Source of the DNA: Eledone cirrhosa
Lineage: Eukaryota
Reading direction: 5' to 3'
Length of the DNA stretch: 64,000 bases
Assembly: GCA_964016885.1 (NCBI GenBank)
Contig: OZ024755.1
Span: 43,710,001-43,774,000 of the forward strand
In this document: piece by piece, positions 15,871 to 33,197 of the stretch
How positions within the stretch are numbered: the first letter of the stretch is position 1
Layout of the letters: each line of letters opens with the position of its first letter
The notes under the pieces: generated by a model
What the model saw: the letters and a program-made list of their open reading frames with translations, nothing else
Databases searched by the model: none
Told to the model about the DNA's origin: nothing
Program-made: the position numbers and the translations under genes

Positions 15871-16369
15871 GTTGCCAATGCCAACATATACTGTGTACCA
15901 CAGTTGACAGTACCAACATATACTGTGTACCACAGTTTACAGTACCAACATATACTGTGTACCACAGTTAACAGTACCAACATATACTGTGTACCACAGT
16001 TGACAGTACCAACATATACTGTGTACCACAGTTGACAGTACCAACATATACTGTTTACCTCAGTTGACAGTACCAACATACACTGTGTACCACAGTTGAC
16101 AATAGCAACATATACTGTGTACCACAGTTGACAGTACCAACATATACTGTGTACCACAGTTGACAGTACCAACATATACTGTGTACCACAGTTGACAGTA
16201 CCAACATATACTTTGTACCACAGTTGACAGTACCAACATATACTGTGTACCACAGTTAACAGTACCAACATATACTGTGTACCACATTTGACAGTACCAA
16301 CGTATACTGTGTACCACAGTTGACAGTACCATCATATACTGTGTACCACAGTTGACAGTACCAATGTAT

Positions 16370-19300
16370 ACTGTGTACCAGAGTTGACAGTACCAACATA
16401 TACTGTGTACCACAGTTGACAGTACCAACATATACTGTGTACCACAGCTGACACTACCAACATATACTGTGTACCACAGTTGAGAGTACCAACATATACT
16501 GTGTACCACAGTTGACAGTACCAACATGTACCGTCTACCACAGTTGATAGTACCAACGTATACTGTGTACCACAGTTGAGAGTACCAACGTATACTGTGT
16601 ACCACAGTTGATTGTAGCAACGTATACTCTGTACCACAGTTGACAGTACCAACATATACTGTGTACCACAGTTGACAGTACCAACATATACTGTGTACCA
16701 CTGTTGACAGTACCAACATATACTGGGTACCGCAGTTAACAGTAGCAACATATACCGTGTACCACAGTTGAGAGTACCAACATATACTGTGTACCACAGT
16801 TGACAGTACCAACATATACTGTGTACCACAGTTGACAGTACCAACATATACTGTGTACCATAGTTGACAGTGCCAACATATACTTTGTACCACAGTTGAC
16901 AATACCAACATATACTGTGTACCACAGTTGACAGTACCAACGTATACTGTGTACCACTGTTGAAAGTACCAACATATACTGTGTACCACAGTTGACAGTA
17001 CCAACATATACTGTGTACCACAGTTGACAGTACCAACATATACTGTGTACCACAGTTGACAGTACCAACGTATACTGTATACCACATTTGACAGTACCAA
17101 CGTAAACTGTGTACCACAGTTGACAGTACCAACCTATACTGTGTACCACTGGTGACAGTACCAACATATACCGTGTACCACAGTTGACAGTACCAACATA
17201 TACTGTATACCACTGTTGACAGTACCAACATATACTGTGTACCACAGTTGACAGTACCAACGTATACTGTGTATATTACCACAGTTGACAGTACCGACAT
17301 ATACTGTGTACCACAGTTGAGAGTACCAACGTATACCGTGTACCACAGTTGACAGTACCAACATACACTGTGTACCACAGTTGAAAGTACCAACGTATAC
17401 TGTGTACCACAGTTGACAATACCATCATATACTGTGTACCACAGTTGACAGTACCAACATATACTGTGTACCACAGTTGACAGTACCAACATATACTGTG
17501 TACCACAGTTGACAATACCAACATATACTGTGTACCACAGTTGACAGTACCAACATATACTGTGTACCACAGTTGACAGTACCAACATATACTGTGTACC
17601 ACAGTTGACAGTACCAACATATACTTTGTACCACAGTTGACAGTACCAACATATACTGTGTACCACAGTTAACAGTACCAACATATACTGTGTACCACAT
17701 TTGACAGTACCAACGTATACTGTGTACCACAGTTGACAGTACCATCATATACTGTGTACCACAGTTGACAGTACCAACGTATACTGTGTACCACAGTTGA
17801 CAGTACCAACATGTACCGTCTACCACAGTTGATAGTACCAACGTATACTGTGTACCAAAGTTGAGAGTACCAACGTATACTGTGTACCACAGTTGATTGT
17901 AGCAACGTATACTCTGTACCACAGTTGACAGTACCAACATATACTGTGTACCACAGTTGACAGTACCAACATATACTGTGTACCACTGTTGACAGTACCA
18001 ACATATACTGGGTACCGCAGTTAACAGTAGCAACATATACCGTGTACCACAGTTGAGAGTACCAACATATACTGTGTACCACAGTTGACAGTACCAACAT
18101 ATACTGTGTACCACAGTTGACAGTACCAACATATACTGTGTACCATAGTTGACAGTGCCAACATATACTTTGTACCACAGTTGACAATACCAACATATAC
18201 TGTGTACCACAGTTGACAGTACCAACATATACTGTGTACCACAGTTGACAGTACCAACGTATACTGTGTACAACAGTTGACAGTACCAACATATACTGTG
18301 TAACACAGTTGACAGTACCAACATATACCGTGTACCACAGTTGACAGTACCAACGTATACTGTGTACCACTGTTGAAAGTACCAACATATACTGTGTACC
18401 ACAGTTGACAGTACCAACATATACTGTGTACCACAGTTGACAGTACCAACATATACTGTGTACCACAGTTGACAGTACCAACGTATACTGTATACCACAT
18501 TTGACAGTACCAACGTAAACTGTGTACCACAGTTGACAGTACCAACCTATACTGTGTACCACTGGTGACAGTACCAACATATACCGTGTACCACAGTTGA
18601 CAGTACCAACATATACTGTATACCACTGTTGACAGTACCAACATATACTGTGTACCACAGTTGACAGTACCAACGTATACTGTGTATATTACCACAGTTG
18701 ACAGTACCGACATATACTGTGTACCACAGTTGACAGTACCAACATACACTGTGTACCACAGTTGAAAGTACCAACGTATACTGTGTACCACAGTTGACAA
18801 CACCATCATATACTGTGTACCACAGTTGACAGTACCAACATATACTGTGTACCACAGTTGACAGTACTAACATATACTGTGTACCACAATTGACAGTACC
18901 AACGTATACTGTGTACCACAGTTGACAGTACTAACGTATACTGTGTACCAACGTTGACAATACCAACATATACTGTGTATCACAGTTGACAGTACCAACA
19001 TATACTGTGTACCACAGTTGACAGTACCAACATATACTGTGTACCACAGTTGACAATACCAGCGTATACTGTGCACCACAGTTGACAGTACCAACATATA
19101 CCGTGTACCACAGTTGAGCGTACCAACATATACTGTGTACCACAGTTGATAGTACCAACATATACTGTGTACCAAGTTGACAGTACCAACATAAACTGTA
19201 TACCACAGTTGACAGTACCAACGTATACTGTGTACCACAGTTTACAATACCAACGTATGCTGTGTACCACAGTTGATAATACCAACATATACTGTGTACC

Positions 19301-22300
19301 ACGGTTGACAGTACCAACATATACTGTGTACCACAGTTGACAGTTCCAACATATATGGTGTACCACTGTTGACACTACCGACATATACTGTGTAGCACAT
19401 TTGACAGTACTACCATATACTGTGTACCACAGTTGCGAGTACCAACATATACTGGGTACCACTGTTGATAGTACCAACATATACTGTGTACCACAGTTGA
19501 CAGTATCAACATATATTGTGTACCATTATTGACAGTACCAACATATACTGTGTACCACAGTTGACAATACCAACATATACTGTGTACCACAGTTGACAGT
19601 ACCAACATATACTGTGTACCACAGTTGACAGTACCAACATACACTGTGTGCCATAGTTGACAGTATCAACGTATATGTGTACCACTGTTGACAGTACAAA
19701 CATATGCTGTGTACCACAGTTGACAGTACCAACATATACTGTGTACCGCAGTTGACAGTACCAACATATCCTGTGTACCTCAGTTGACAGTACCAACATA
19801 TACTGTGTACCACAGTTGACAGTACCAACATATACTGTGTACCACAGGTGACAGTACCAACGTATACTGTGTACCACAGTTGACAGTACCAACATATACT
19901 GTGTACCACAGTTGACAGTACCAACATATACTGTGTACCACAGTTGACAGTGCTAACATATACCGTGTACCACAGTTGACAGTACCAACATATACTGTGT
20001 AGCACAATTGACAGTACCCACATATACTGTGTACCATAGTTGACAGTACCCACGTATACTGTGTACCACAGTTGACAGTACCAACATATAATATGTACCA
20101 AAGTTGTAAGTACCAACGTATACTTTGTACCACTGTTGACAGTACCAACATATACTGTGTACCACATTTGACAATACAAACATATACTGTGTACTACATT
20201 TGAGAGTACCAACATATACTGTTTACCACATTTGACAGTACCAACATATACTGTGTGGCACAGTTGACAGTACCCACATATACTGGATACCCCAGTTGAT
20301 AGTACCAACGTATACTGTGTACCACATTTGACAGTTCCCACATATACAGGGTACAACAGTTGACAATACCATCATATACTGTGTACCACAGTTGATAGTA
20401 CCAACATATACTGTGTACCACAGTTGACAGTACCAACGTATACTGTGTTCCACAGTTGACAGTACCAACATATACTGTGTACCATAGTTGACAGTGTCAA
20501 CGTATCTGTGTACCACAGTTGACATTACTAACATATGCTGTGTACCACAGTTGACAGTACCAACATATACTGTGTACCACAGTTGACAGTACCAACATAT
20601 ACTGTGTACCACAGTTGACTGTACCAACATATACTTTGTACCACAGTTAACAGTACTAACATATACCGTGTACCACAGTTGACAATACCAACATATACTG
20701 TGTGCCACAGTTGACAGTACCAACATATACTGTGTACCACAGTTGACAGTACCAACGTATACTGTGTACCACAGTTGACAGTACAAACATATACTGTGTA
20801 ACACAGTTGACAGTACCAACATATACCGTGTACCACAGTTGACAGTACCAACGTATACTGTGTACCACAGTTGAAAGTACCAGCATATACTGTGTACCAC
20901 AGTTGACAGTACCAACATATACTGTGTACCACAGTTGACAGTACCAACATATACTGTGTACCACAGTTGACAGTATTAACGTATACTGTATACCACATTT
21001 GACAGTACCAACGTAAACTGTGTACCACAGTTGACAGTACCAACCTATACTGTGTACTACTGGTGACAGCACCAACATATACCTTGTACCACAGTTGACA
21101 GTACCAACATATACTGTATACCACTGTTGACAGTACCAACATATACTGTGTACCACAGTTGACAGTACCAACGTATACTGTGTATATTACCACAGTTGAC
21201 AGTACCGACATATACTGTGTCCCACAGTTGACAGTACCAACATATACTGTGTACCACTGTTGACAGTACCAACATATACTGGGTACCGCAGTTAACAGTA
21301 GCAACATATACCGTGTACCACAGTTGAGAGTACCAACATATACTGTGTACCACAGTTGACAGTACCAACATATACTGTGTACCACAGTTAACAGTACCAA
21401 CATATACTGTGTACCATAGTTGACAGTGCCAACATATACCTTGTACCACAGTTGACAATACCAACATATACTGTGTACCACAGTTGACAGTACCAACATA
21501 TACTGTGTACCACAGTTGACAGTACCAACGTATACTGTGTACCACAGTTGACAGTACCAACATATACTGTGTAACACAGTTGACAGTACCAACATATACC
21601 GTGTACCACAGTTGACAGTACCAACGTATACTGTGTACCACTGTTGAAAGTACCAATATATACTGTGTACCACAGTTGACAGTACCAACATATACTGTGT
21701 ACCACAGTTGACAGTACCAACATATACTGTGTACCACAGTTGACAGTACCAACGTATACTGTATACCACATTTGACAGTACCAACGTAAACTGTGTACCA
21801 CAGTTGACAGTACCAACCTATACTGTGTACCACTGGTGACAGTACCAACATATACCGTGTACCACAGTTGACAGTACCAACATATACTGTATACCACTGT
21901 TGACAGTACCAACATATACTGTGTACCACAGTTGACAGTACCAACGTATACTGTGTATATTACCACAGTTGACAGTACCGACATATACCGTGTACCACAG
22001 TTGAGAGTACCAACGTATACCGTGTACCACAGTTGACAGTACCAACATACACTGTGTACCACAGTTGAAAGTACCAACGTATACTGTGTACCACAGTTGA
22101 CAATACCATCATATACTGTGTACCACAGTTGACAGTACCAACATATACTGTGTAACACAGTTGACAGTACTAACATATACTGTGTACCACAATTGACAGT
22201 ACCAACGTATACTGTGTACCACAGTTGACAGTACTAACGTATACTGTGTACCAAAGTTGGCAATACCAACATATACTGTGTATCACAGTTGACAGTACCA

Positions 22301-25300
22301 ACATATACTGTGTACCACAGTTGACAGTACCAACATATACTGTGTACCACAGTTGACAATACCAGCGTATACTGTGCACCACAGTTGACAGTACCAACAT
22401 ATACCGTGTACCACAGTTGAGCGTACCAACATATACTGTGTACCACAGTTGATAGTACCAACATATACTGTGTACCAAGTTGACAGTACCAACATATACT
22501 GTATACCACAGTTGACAGTACCAACGTATACTGTGTACCACAGTTGACAATACCAACGTATGCTGTGTACCACAGTTGACAATACCAACATGTACTGTGT
22601 ACCACGGTTGACAGTACCAACATATACTGTGTACCACAGTTGACAGTTCCAACATATATGGTGTACCACTGTTGACACTACCGACATATACTGTGTAGCA
22701 CATTTGACAGTACTACCATATACTGTGTACCACAGTTGCGAGTACCAACATATACTGGGTACCACTGTTGATAGTACCAACATATACTGTGTACCACAGT
22801 TGACAGTATCAACATATATTGTGTACCATTATTGACAGTACCAACATATACTGTGTACCACAGTTGACAATACCAACATATACTGTGTACCTCAGTTGAC
22901 AGTACCAACATATACTGTGTACCACAGTTGACAGTACCAACATATACTGTGTGCCATAGTTGACAGTATCAACGTATATGTGTACCACTGTTGACAGTAC
23001 TAACATATGCTGTGTACCACAGTTGACAGTACCAACATATACTGTGTACCGCAGTTGACAGTACCAACATATCCTGTGTACCTCAGTTGACAGTACCAAC
23101 ATATACTGTGTACCACATTTGACAGTACCAACATATACTGTGTACCACAGGTGACAGTACCAACGTATACTGTGTACCACAGTTGACAGTACCAACATAT
23201 ACTGTGTACCACAGTTGACAGTACCAACATATACTGTGTACCACAGTTGACAGTGCTAACATATACCGTGTACCACAGTTGACAGTACCAACATATACTG
23301 TGTAGCACAATTGACAGTACCCACATATACTGTGTACCATAGTTGACAGTACCCACGTATACTGTGTGCCACAGTTGACAGTACCAACATATAATATGTA
23401 CCAAAGTTGTAAGTACCAACGTATACTTTGTACCACTGTTGACAGTACCAACATATACTGTGTACCACATTTGACAGTACAAACATATACTGTGTACTAC
23501 ATTTGAGAGTACCAACATATACTGTTTACCACATTTGACAGTACCAACATATACTGTGTGGCACAGTTGACAGTACCCACATATACTGGATACCCCAGTT
23601 GATAGTACCAACGTATACTGTGTACCACATTTGACAGTTCCCACATATACAGGGTACAAGAGTTGACAATACCATCATATACTGTGTACCACAGTTGATA
23701 GTATCAACATATACTGTGTACCACAGTTGACAGTACCAACGTATACTGTGTTCCACAGTTGACAGTACCAACATATACTGTGTAACACAGTTGACAGTAC
23801 CAACATATACCGTGTACCACAGTTGACAGTACCAACGTATACTGTGTACCACTGTTGAAAGAACCAACATATACTGTGTACCACAATTGACAATACCAAC
23901 ATATACTGTGTACCACAGTTGACAGTACCAACATATACTGTGTACCACAGTTGACAGTACCAACGTATACTGTATACCACATTTGACAGTACCAACGTAA
24001 ACTGTGTACCACAGTTGACAGTACCAACCTATACTGTGTACCACTGGTGACAGTACCAACATATACCGTGTACCACAGTTGACAGTACCAACATATACTG
24101 TATACCACTGTTGACAGTACCAACATGTACTGTGTACCACAGTTGACAGTACCAACGTATACTGTGTATATTACCACAGTTGACAGTACCGACATATACT
24201 GTGTACCACAGTTGAGAGTACCAACGTATACCGTGTACCACAGTTGACAGTACCAACATACACTGTGTACCACAGTTGAAAGTACCAACGTATACTGTGT
24301 ACCACAGTTGACAATACCATCATATACTGTGTACCACAGTTGACAGTACCAACATATACTGTGTACCACAGTTGACAGTACTAACATATACTGTGTACCA
24401 CAATTGACAGTACCAACGTATACTGTGTACCACAGTTGACAGTACTAACGTATACTGTGTACCAAAGTTGACAATACCAACATATACTGTGTATCACAGT
24501 TGACAGTACCAACATATACTGTGTACCACAGTTGACAGTACCAACATATACTGTGTACCACAGTTGACAATACCAGCGTATACTGTGCACCACAGTTGAC
24601 AGTACCAACATATACCGTGTACCACAGTTGAGCGTACCAACATATACTGTGTTCCACAGTTGATAGTACCAACATATACTGTGTACCAAGTTGACAGTAC
24701 CAACATAAACTGTATACCACAGTTGACAGTACCAACGTATACTGTGTACCACAGTTGACAATACCAACGTATGCTGTGTACCACAGTTGACAATACCAAC
24801 ATATACTGTGTACCACGGTTGACAGTACCAACATATACTGTGTACCACAGTTGACAGTTCCAACATATATGGTGTACCACTGTTGACACTACCGACATAT
24901 ACTGTGTAGCACATTTGACAGTACTACCATATACTGTGTACCACAGTTGCGAGTACCAACATATACTGGGTACCACTGTTGATAGTACCAACATATACTG
25001 TGTACCACAGTTGACAGTATCAACATATATTGTGTACCATTATTGACAGTACCAACATATACTGTGTACCACAGTTGACAATACCAACATATACTGTGTA
25101 CCACAGTTGACAGTACCAACATATACTGTGTACCACAGTTGACAGTACCAACATACACTGTGTGCCATAGTTGACAGTATCAACGTATATGTGTACCACT
25201 GTTGACAGTACTAACATATGCTGTGTACCACAGTTGACAGTACCAACATATACTGTGTACCGCAGTTGACAGTACCAACATATCCTGTGTACCTCAGTTG

Positions 25301-28300
25301 ACAGTACCAACATATACTGTGTACCACAGTTGACAGTACCAACATATACTGTGTACCACAGGTGACAGTACCAACGTATACTGTGTACCACAGTTGACAG
25401 TACCAACATATACTATGTACCACAGTTGACAGTACCAACATATACTGTGTACCACAGTTGACAGTGCTAACATATACCGTGTACCACAGTTGACAGTACC
25501 AACATATACTGTGTAGCACAATTGACAGTACCCACATATACTGTGTACCATAGTTGACAGTACCCACGTATACTGTGTACCACAGTTGACAGTACCAAAG
25601 TTGTAAGTACCAACGTATACTTTGTACCACTGTTGACAGTACCAACATATACTGTGTACCACATTTGACAGTACAAACATATACTGTGTACTACATTTGA
25701 GAGTACCAACATATACTGTTTACCACATTTGACAGTACCAACATATACTGTGTGGCACAGTTGACAGTACCCACATATACTGGATACCCCAGTTGATAGT
25801 ACCAACGTATACTGTGTACCACATTTGACAGTTCCCACATATACAGAGTACAAAAGTTGACAATACCATCATATACTGTGTACCACAGTTGATAGTACCA
25901 ACATATACTGTGTACCACAGTTGACAGTACCAACGTATACTGTGTTCCACAGTTGACAGTACCAACATATACTGTGTACCATAGTTGACAGTGTCAACGT
26001 ATCTGTGTACCACAGTTGACATTACTAACATATGCTGTGTACCACAGTTGACAGTACCAACATATACTGTGTACCACAGTTGACAGTACCAACATATACT
26101 GTGTATCACAGTTGACTGTACCAACATATACTTTGTACCACAGTTAACAGTACTAACATATACCGTGTACCACAGTTGACAATACCAACATATACTGTGT
26201 GCCACAGTTGACAGTACCAACATATACTGTGTACCACAGTTGACAGTACCAACGTATACTGTGTACCACAGTTGACAGTACCAACATATACTGTGTAACA
26301 CAGTTGACAGTACCAACATATACCGTGTACCACAGTTGACAGTACCAACGTATACTGTGTACCACAGTTGAAAGTACCAGCATATACTATGTACAACAGT
26401 TGACAGTACCAACATATACTGTGTACCACAGTTGACAGTACCAACATATACTGTGTACCACAGTTGACAGTATTAACGTATACTGTATACCACATTTGAC
26501 AGTACCAACGTAAAGTGTGTACCACAGTTGACAGTACCAACCTATACTGTGTACTACTGGTGACAGTACCAACATATACCTTGTACCACAGTTGACAGTA
26601 CCAACATATACTGTATACCACTGTTGACAGTACCAACATATACTGTGTACCACAGTTGACAGTACCAACGTATACTGTGTATATTACCACAGTTGACAGT
26701 ACCGACATATACTGTGTCCCACAGTTGACAGTACCAACATATACTGTGTACCACTGTTGACAGTACCAACATATACTGGGTACCGCAGTTAACAGTAGCA
26801 ACATATACCGTGTACCACAGTTGAGAGTACCAACATATACTGTGTACCACAGTTGACAGTACCAACATATACTGTGTACCACAGTTGACAGTACCAACAT
26901 ATACTGTGTACCATAGTTGACAGTGCCAACATATACCTTGTACCACAGTTGACAATACCAACATATACTGTGTACCACAGTTGACAGTACCAACATATAC
27001 TGTGTACCACAGTTGACAGTACCAACGTATACTGTGTACCACAGTTGACAGTACCAACATATACTGTGTAACACAGTTGACAGTACCAACATATACCGTG
27101 TACCACAGTTGACAGTACCAACGTATACTGTGTACCACTGTTGAAAGTACCAACATATACTGTGTACCACAGTTGACAGTACCAACATATACTGTGTACC
27201 ACAGTTGACAGTACCAACATATACTGTGTACCACAGTTGACAGTACCAACGTATACTGTATACCACATTTGACAGTACCAACGTAAACTGTGTACCACAG
27301 TTGACAGTACCAACCTATACTGTGTACCAGTGGTGACAGTACCAACATATACCGTGTACCACAGTTGACAGTACCAGCATATACTGTATACCACTGTTGA
27401 CAGTACCAACATATACTGTGTACCACAGTTGACAGTACCAACGTATACTGTGTATATTACCACAGTTGACAGTACCGACATATACTGTGTACCACAGTTG
27501 AGAGTACCAACGTATACCGTGTACCACAGTTGACAGTACCAACATACACTGTGTACCACAGTTGAAAGTACCAACGTATACTGTGTACCACAGTTGACAA
27601 TACCATCATATACTGTGTACCACAGTTGACAGTACCAACATATACTGTGTAACACAGTTGACAGTACTAACATATACTGTGTACCACAATTGACAGTACC
27701 AACGTATACTGTGTACCACAGTTGACAGTACTAACGTATACTGTGTACCAAAGTTGACAATACCAACATATACTGTGTATCACAGTTGACAGTACCAACA
27801 TATACTGTGTACCACAGTTGACAGTACCAACATATACTGTGTACCACAGTTGACAATACCAGCGTATACTGTGCACCACAGTTGACAGTACCAACATATA
27901 CCGTGTACCACAGTTGAGCGTACCAACATATACTGTGTACCACAGTTGATAGTACCAACATATACTGTGTACCAAGTTGACAGTACCAACATATACTGTA
28001 TACCACAGTTGACAGTACCAACGTATACTGTGTACCACAGTTGACAATACCAACGTATGCTGTGTACCACAGTTGACAATACCAACATATACTGTGTACC
28101 ACGGTTGACAGTACAAACATATACTGTGTACCACAGTTGACAGTTCCAACATATATGGTGTACCACTGTTGACACTACCGACATATACTGTGTAGCACAT
28201 TTGACAGTACTACCATATACTGTGTACCACAGTTGCGAGTACCAACATATACTGGGTACCACTGTTGATAGTACCAACATATACTGTGTACCACAGTTGA

Positions 28301-31300
28301 CAGTATCAACATATATTGTGTACCATTATTGACAGTACCAACATATACTGTGTACCACAGTTGACAATACCAACATATACTGTGTACCACAGTTGACAGT
28401 ACCAACATATACTGTGTACCACAGTTGACAGTACCAACATATACTGTGTGCCATAGTTGACAGTATCAACGTATATGTGTACCACTGTTGACAGTACTAA
28501 CATATGCTGTGTACCACAGTTGACAGTACCAACATATACTGTGTACCGCAGTTGACAGTACCAACATATCCTGTGTACCTCAGTTGACAGTACCAACATA
28601 TACTGTGTACCACAGTTGACAGTACCAACATATACTGTGTACCACAGGTGACAGTACCAACGTATACTGTGTACCACAGTTGACAGTGCTAACATATACC
28701 GTGTACCACAGTTGACAGTACCAACATATACTGTGTAGCACAATTGACAGTACCCACATATACTGTGTACCATAGTTGACAGTACCCACGTATACTGTGT
28801 ACCACAGTTGACAGTACCAACATATAATATGTACCAAAGTTGTAAGTACCAACGTATACTTTGTACCACTGTTGACAGTACCAACATATACTGTGTACCA
28901 CATTTGACAGTACAAACATATACTGTGTACTACATTTGAGAGTACCAACATATACTGTTTACCACATTTGACAGTACCAACATATATTGTGTGGCACAGT
29001 TGACAGTACCCACATATACTGGATACCCCAGTTGATAGTACCAACGTATACTGTGTACCACATTTGACAGTTCCCACATATACAGGGTACAACAGTTGAC
29101 AATACCATCATATACTGTGTACCACAGTTGATAGTATCAACATATACTGTGTACCACAGTTGACAGTACCAACGTATACTGTGTTCCACAGTTGACAGTA
29201 CCAACATATACTGTGTAACACAGTTGACAGTACCAACATATACCGTGTACCACAGTTGACAGTACCAACGTATACTGTGTACCACTGTTGAAAGTACCAA
29301 CATATACTGTGTACCACAGTTGACAATACCAACATATACTGTGTACCACAGTTGACAGTACCAACATATACTGTGTACCACAGTTGACAGTACCAACGTA
29401 TACTGTATACCACATTTGACAGTACCAACGTAAACTGTGTACCACAGTTGACAGTACCAACCTATACTGTGTACCACTGGTGACAGTACCAACATATACC
29501 GTGTACCACAGTTGACAGTACCAACATATACTGTATACCACTGTTGACAGTACCAACATATACTGTGTACCACAGTTGACAGTACCAACGTATACTGTGT
29601 ATATTACCACAGTTGACAGTACCGACATATACTGTGTACCACAGTTGAGAGTACCAACGTATACCGTGTACCACAGTTGAAAGTACCAACGTATACTGTG
29701 TACCACAGTTGACAATACCATCATATACTGTGTACCACAGTTGACAGTACCAACATATACTGTGTACCACAGTTGACAGTACTAACATATACTGTGTACC
29801 ACAATTGACAGTACCAACGTATACTGTGTACCACAGTTGACAGTACTAACGTATACTGTGTACCAAAGTTGACAATACCAACATATACTGTGTATCACAG
29901 TTGACAGTACCAACATATACTGTGTACCACAGTTGACAGTACCAACATATACTGTGTACCACAGTTGACAATACCAGCGTATACTGTGCACCACAGTTGA
30001 CAGTACCAACATATACCGTGTACCACAGTTGAGCGTACCAACATATACTGTGTACCACAGTTGATAGTACCAACATATACTGTGTACCAAGTTGACAGTA
30101 CCAACATAAACTGTATACCACAGTTGACAGTACCAACGTATACTGTGTACCACAGTTGACAATACCAACGTATGCTGTGTACCACAGTTGACAATACCAA
30201 CATATACTGTGTACCACGGTTGACAGTACCAACATATACTGTGTACCACAGTTGACAGTTCCAACATATATGGTGTACCACTGTTGACACTACCGACATA
30301 TACTGTGTAGCACATTTGACAGTACTACCATATACTGTGCACCACAGTTGCGAGTACCAACATATACTGGGTACCATTGTTGATAGTACCAACATATACT
30401 GTGTACCACAGTTGACAGTATCAACATATATTGTGTACCATTATTGACAGTACCAACATATACTGTGTACCACAGTTGACAATACCAACATATACTGTGT
30501 ACCACAGTTGACAGTACCAACATATACTGTGTACCACAGTTGACAGTACCAACATACACTGTGTGCCATAGTTGACAGTATCAACGTATATGTGTACCAC
30601 TGTTGACAGTACTAACATATGCTGTGTACCACAGTTGACAGTACCAACATATACTGTGTACCGCAGTTGACAGTACCAACATATCCTGTGTACCTCAGTT
30701 GACAGTACCAACATATACTGTGTACCACAGTTGACAGTACCAACATATACTCTGTACCACAGGTGACAGTACCAACGTATACTGTGTACCACAGTTGACA
30801 GTACCAACATATACTGTGTACCACAGTTGACAGTACCAACATATACTGTGTACCACAGTTGACAGTGCTAACATATACCGTGTACCACAGTTGACAGTAC
30901 CAACATATACTGTGTAGCACAATTGACAGTACCCACATATACTGTGTACCATAGTTGACAGTACCCACGTATACTGTGTACCACAGTTGACAGTACCAAA
31001 GTTGTAAGTACCAACGTATACTTTGTACCACTGTTGACAGTACCAACATATACTGTGTACCACATTTGACAGTACAAACATATACTGTGTACTACATTTG
31101 AGAGTACCAACATATACTGTTTACCACATTTGACAGTACCAACATATACTGTGTGGCACAGTTGACAGTACCCACATATACTGGATACCCCAGTTGATAG
31201 TACCAACGTATACTGTGTACCACATTTGACAGTTCCCACATATACAGGGTACAACAGTTGACAATACCATCATATACTGTGTACCACAGTTGATAGTACC

Positions 31301-33197
31301 AACATATACTGTGTACCACAGTTGACAGTACCAACGTATACTGTGTTCCACAGTTGACAGTACCAACATATACTGTGTACCATAGGTTACAGTGTCAACG
31401 TATCTGTGTACCACAGTTGACATTACTAACATATGCTGTGTACCACAGTTGACAGTACCAACATATACTGTGTACCACAGTTGACAGTACCAACATATAC
31501 TGTGTACCACAGTTGACTGTACCAACATATACTTTGTACCACAGTTAACAGTACTAACATATACCGTGTACCACAGTTGACAATACCAATATATACTGTG
31601 TGCCACAGTTGACAGTACCAACATATACTGTGTACCACAGTTGACAGTACCAACGTATACTGTGTACCACAGTTGACAGTACCAACATATACTGTGTAAC
31701 ACAGTTGACAGTACCAACATATACCGTGTACCACAGTTGACAGTACCAACGTATACTGTGTACCACAGTTGAAAGTACCAGCATATACTGTGTACCACAG
31801 TTGACAGTACCAACATATACTGTGTACCACAGTTGACAGTACCAACATATACTGTGTACCACAGTTGACAGTATTAACGTATACTGTATACCACATTTGA
31901 CAGTACCAACGTAAACTGTGTACCACAGTTGACAGTACCAACCTATACTGTGTACTACTGGTGACAGTACCAACATATACCTTGTACCACAGTTGACAGT
32001 ACCAACATATACTGTATACCACTGTTGACAGTACCAACATATACTGTGTACCACAGTTGACAGTACCAACGTATACTGTGTATATTACCACAGTTGACAG
32101 TACCAACATATACTGTGTACAGCAGTTAACAGTAGCAACATATACCGTGTACCACAGTTGAGAGTACCAACATATACTGTGTACCAGAGTTGACAGTACC
32201 AACATAAACTGTGTACCACAGTTGACAGTACCAACATATACTGTGTACCATAGTTGACAGTGCCAACATATACAGTGTACCACAGTTGACAATACCAACA
32301 TATACTGTGTACCACAGTTGACAGTACCAACATATACTGTGTACCACAGTTGATAGTACCAACGTATACTGTGTACCACAGTTGACAATACCAACATATA
32401 TTGTGTACCACAGTTGACAGTACCAACATATATGGTGTACCACTGTTGACACTACCGACATATACTGTGTAGCACAGTTGACAGTACTAACATATACTGT
32501 GTACCACAGTTGAGAGTACCAACATATACTGGGTACCACTTTTGACAGTACCAACATATACTGTGTACCACAGTTGACAGTATCAACATATACTGTGTAC
32601 CACTGTTGACAGTACCAACATATACTGTGTACCACATATGACTACCAACGTATACTGTGTACCACAGTTGACAGTACCAACATATACTGTCTACCACAGT
32701 TGACAGTACCAACATATACTGTGTACCACAGTTGACACTACCAACATATACTGTGTACCACAGTTGACAGTACCAACATATACTGTGTACCTCAGTTGAC
32801 AGTACCAACATATACTGTGTACCACAGTTGACAATACCAACATATACTGTCTACCACAGTTGACAGTACCAACATATACTGTGTACCACAGTTGACAGTA
32901 CCAACGTATACTGTGTACCACAGTTGACAGTACCATCATATACTGTGTACCACAGTTGACAGTACCAACGTATACTGTGTACCAGAGTTGACAGTACCAA
33001 CATATAATGTGTACCACAGTTGACAGTACCAACATATACTGTGTACCACAGCTGACACTACCAACATATACTGTGTACCACAGTTGACAGTACCAACGTA
33101 TACTGTGTACCACTGTTGACAGTACCAACATATACTGTGTACCACAGTTGACAGTACCAACATATACTGTGTACCACAGTTGACAGTACCAACGTAT
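16370..33197. repeat. ~16.8-kb macro-repeat, copy 1
   Basis: The variant order is repeated downstream at offsets 16,828, 16,988, 16,987, 16,923 and 16,795 (ORF pairs 16736/33564, 18867/35855, 22170/39157, 24381/41304, 27667/44462). Confidence 0.88.
18700..32100. repeat. ~5.4-5.5-kb higher-order repeat made of alternating ~3.3-kb and ~2.1-2.2-kb subunits
   Basis: The marker GAGCGTACC occurs at 19116, 22419, 24630, 27916 and 30031 (spacings 3303, 2211, 3286, 2115). The alternation resumes at 36104, 39406, 41553 and 44711 (last as GACCGTACC). Confidence 0.85.
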
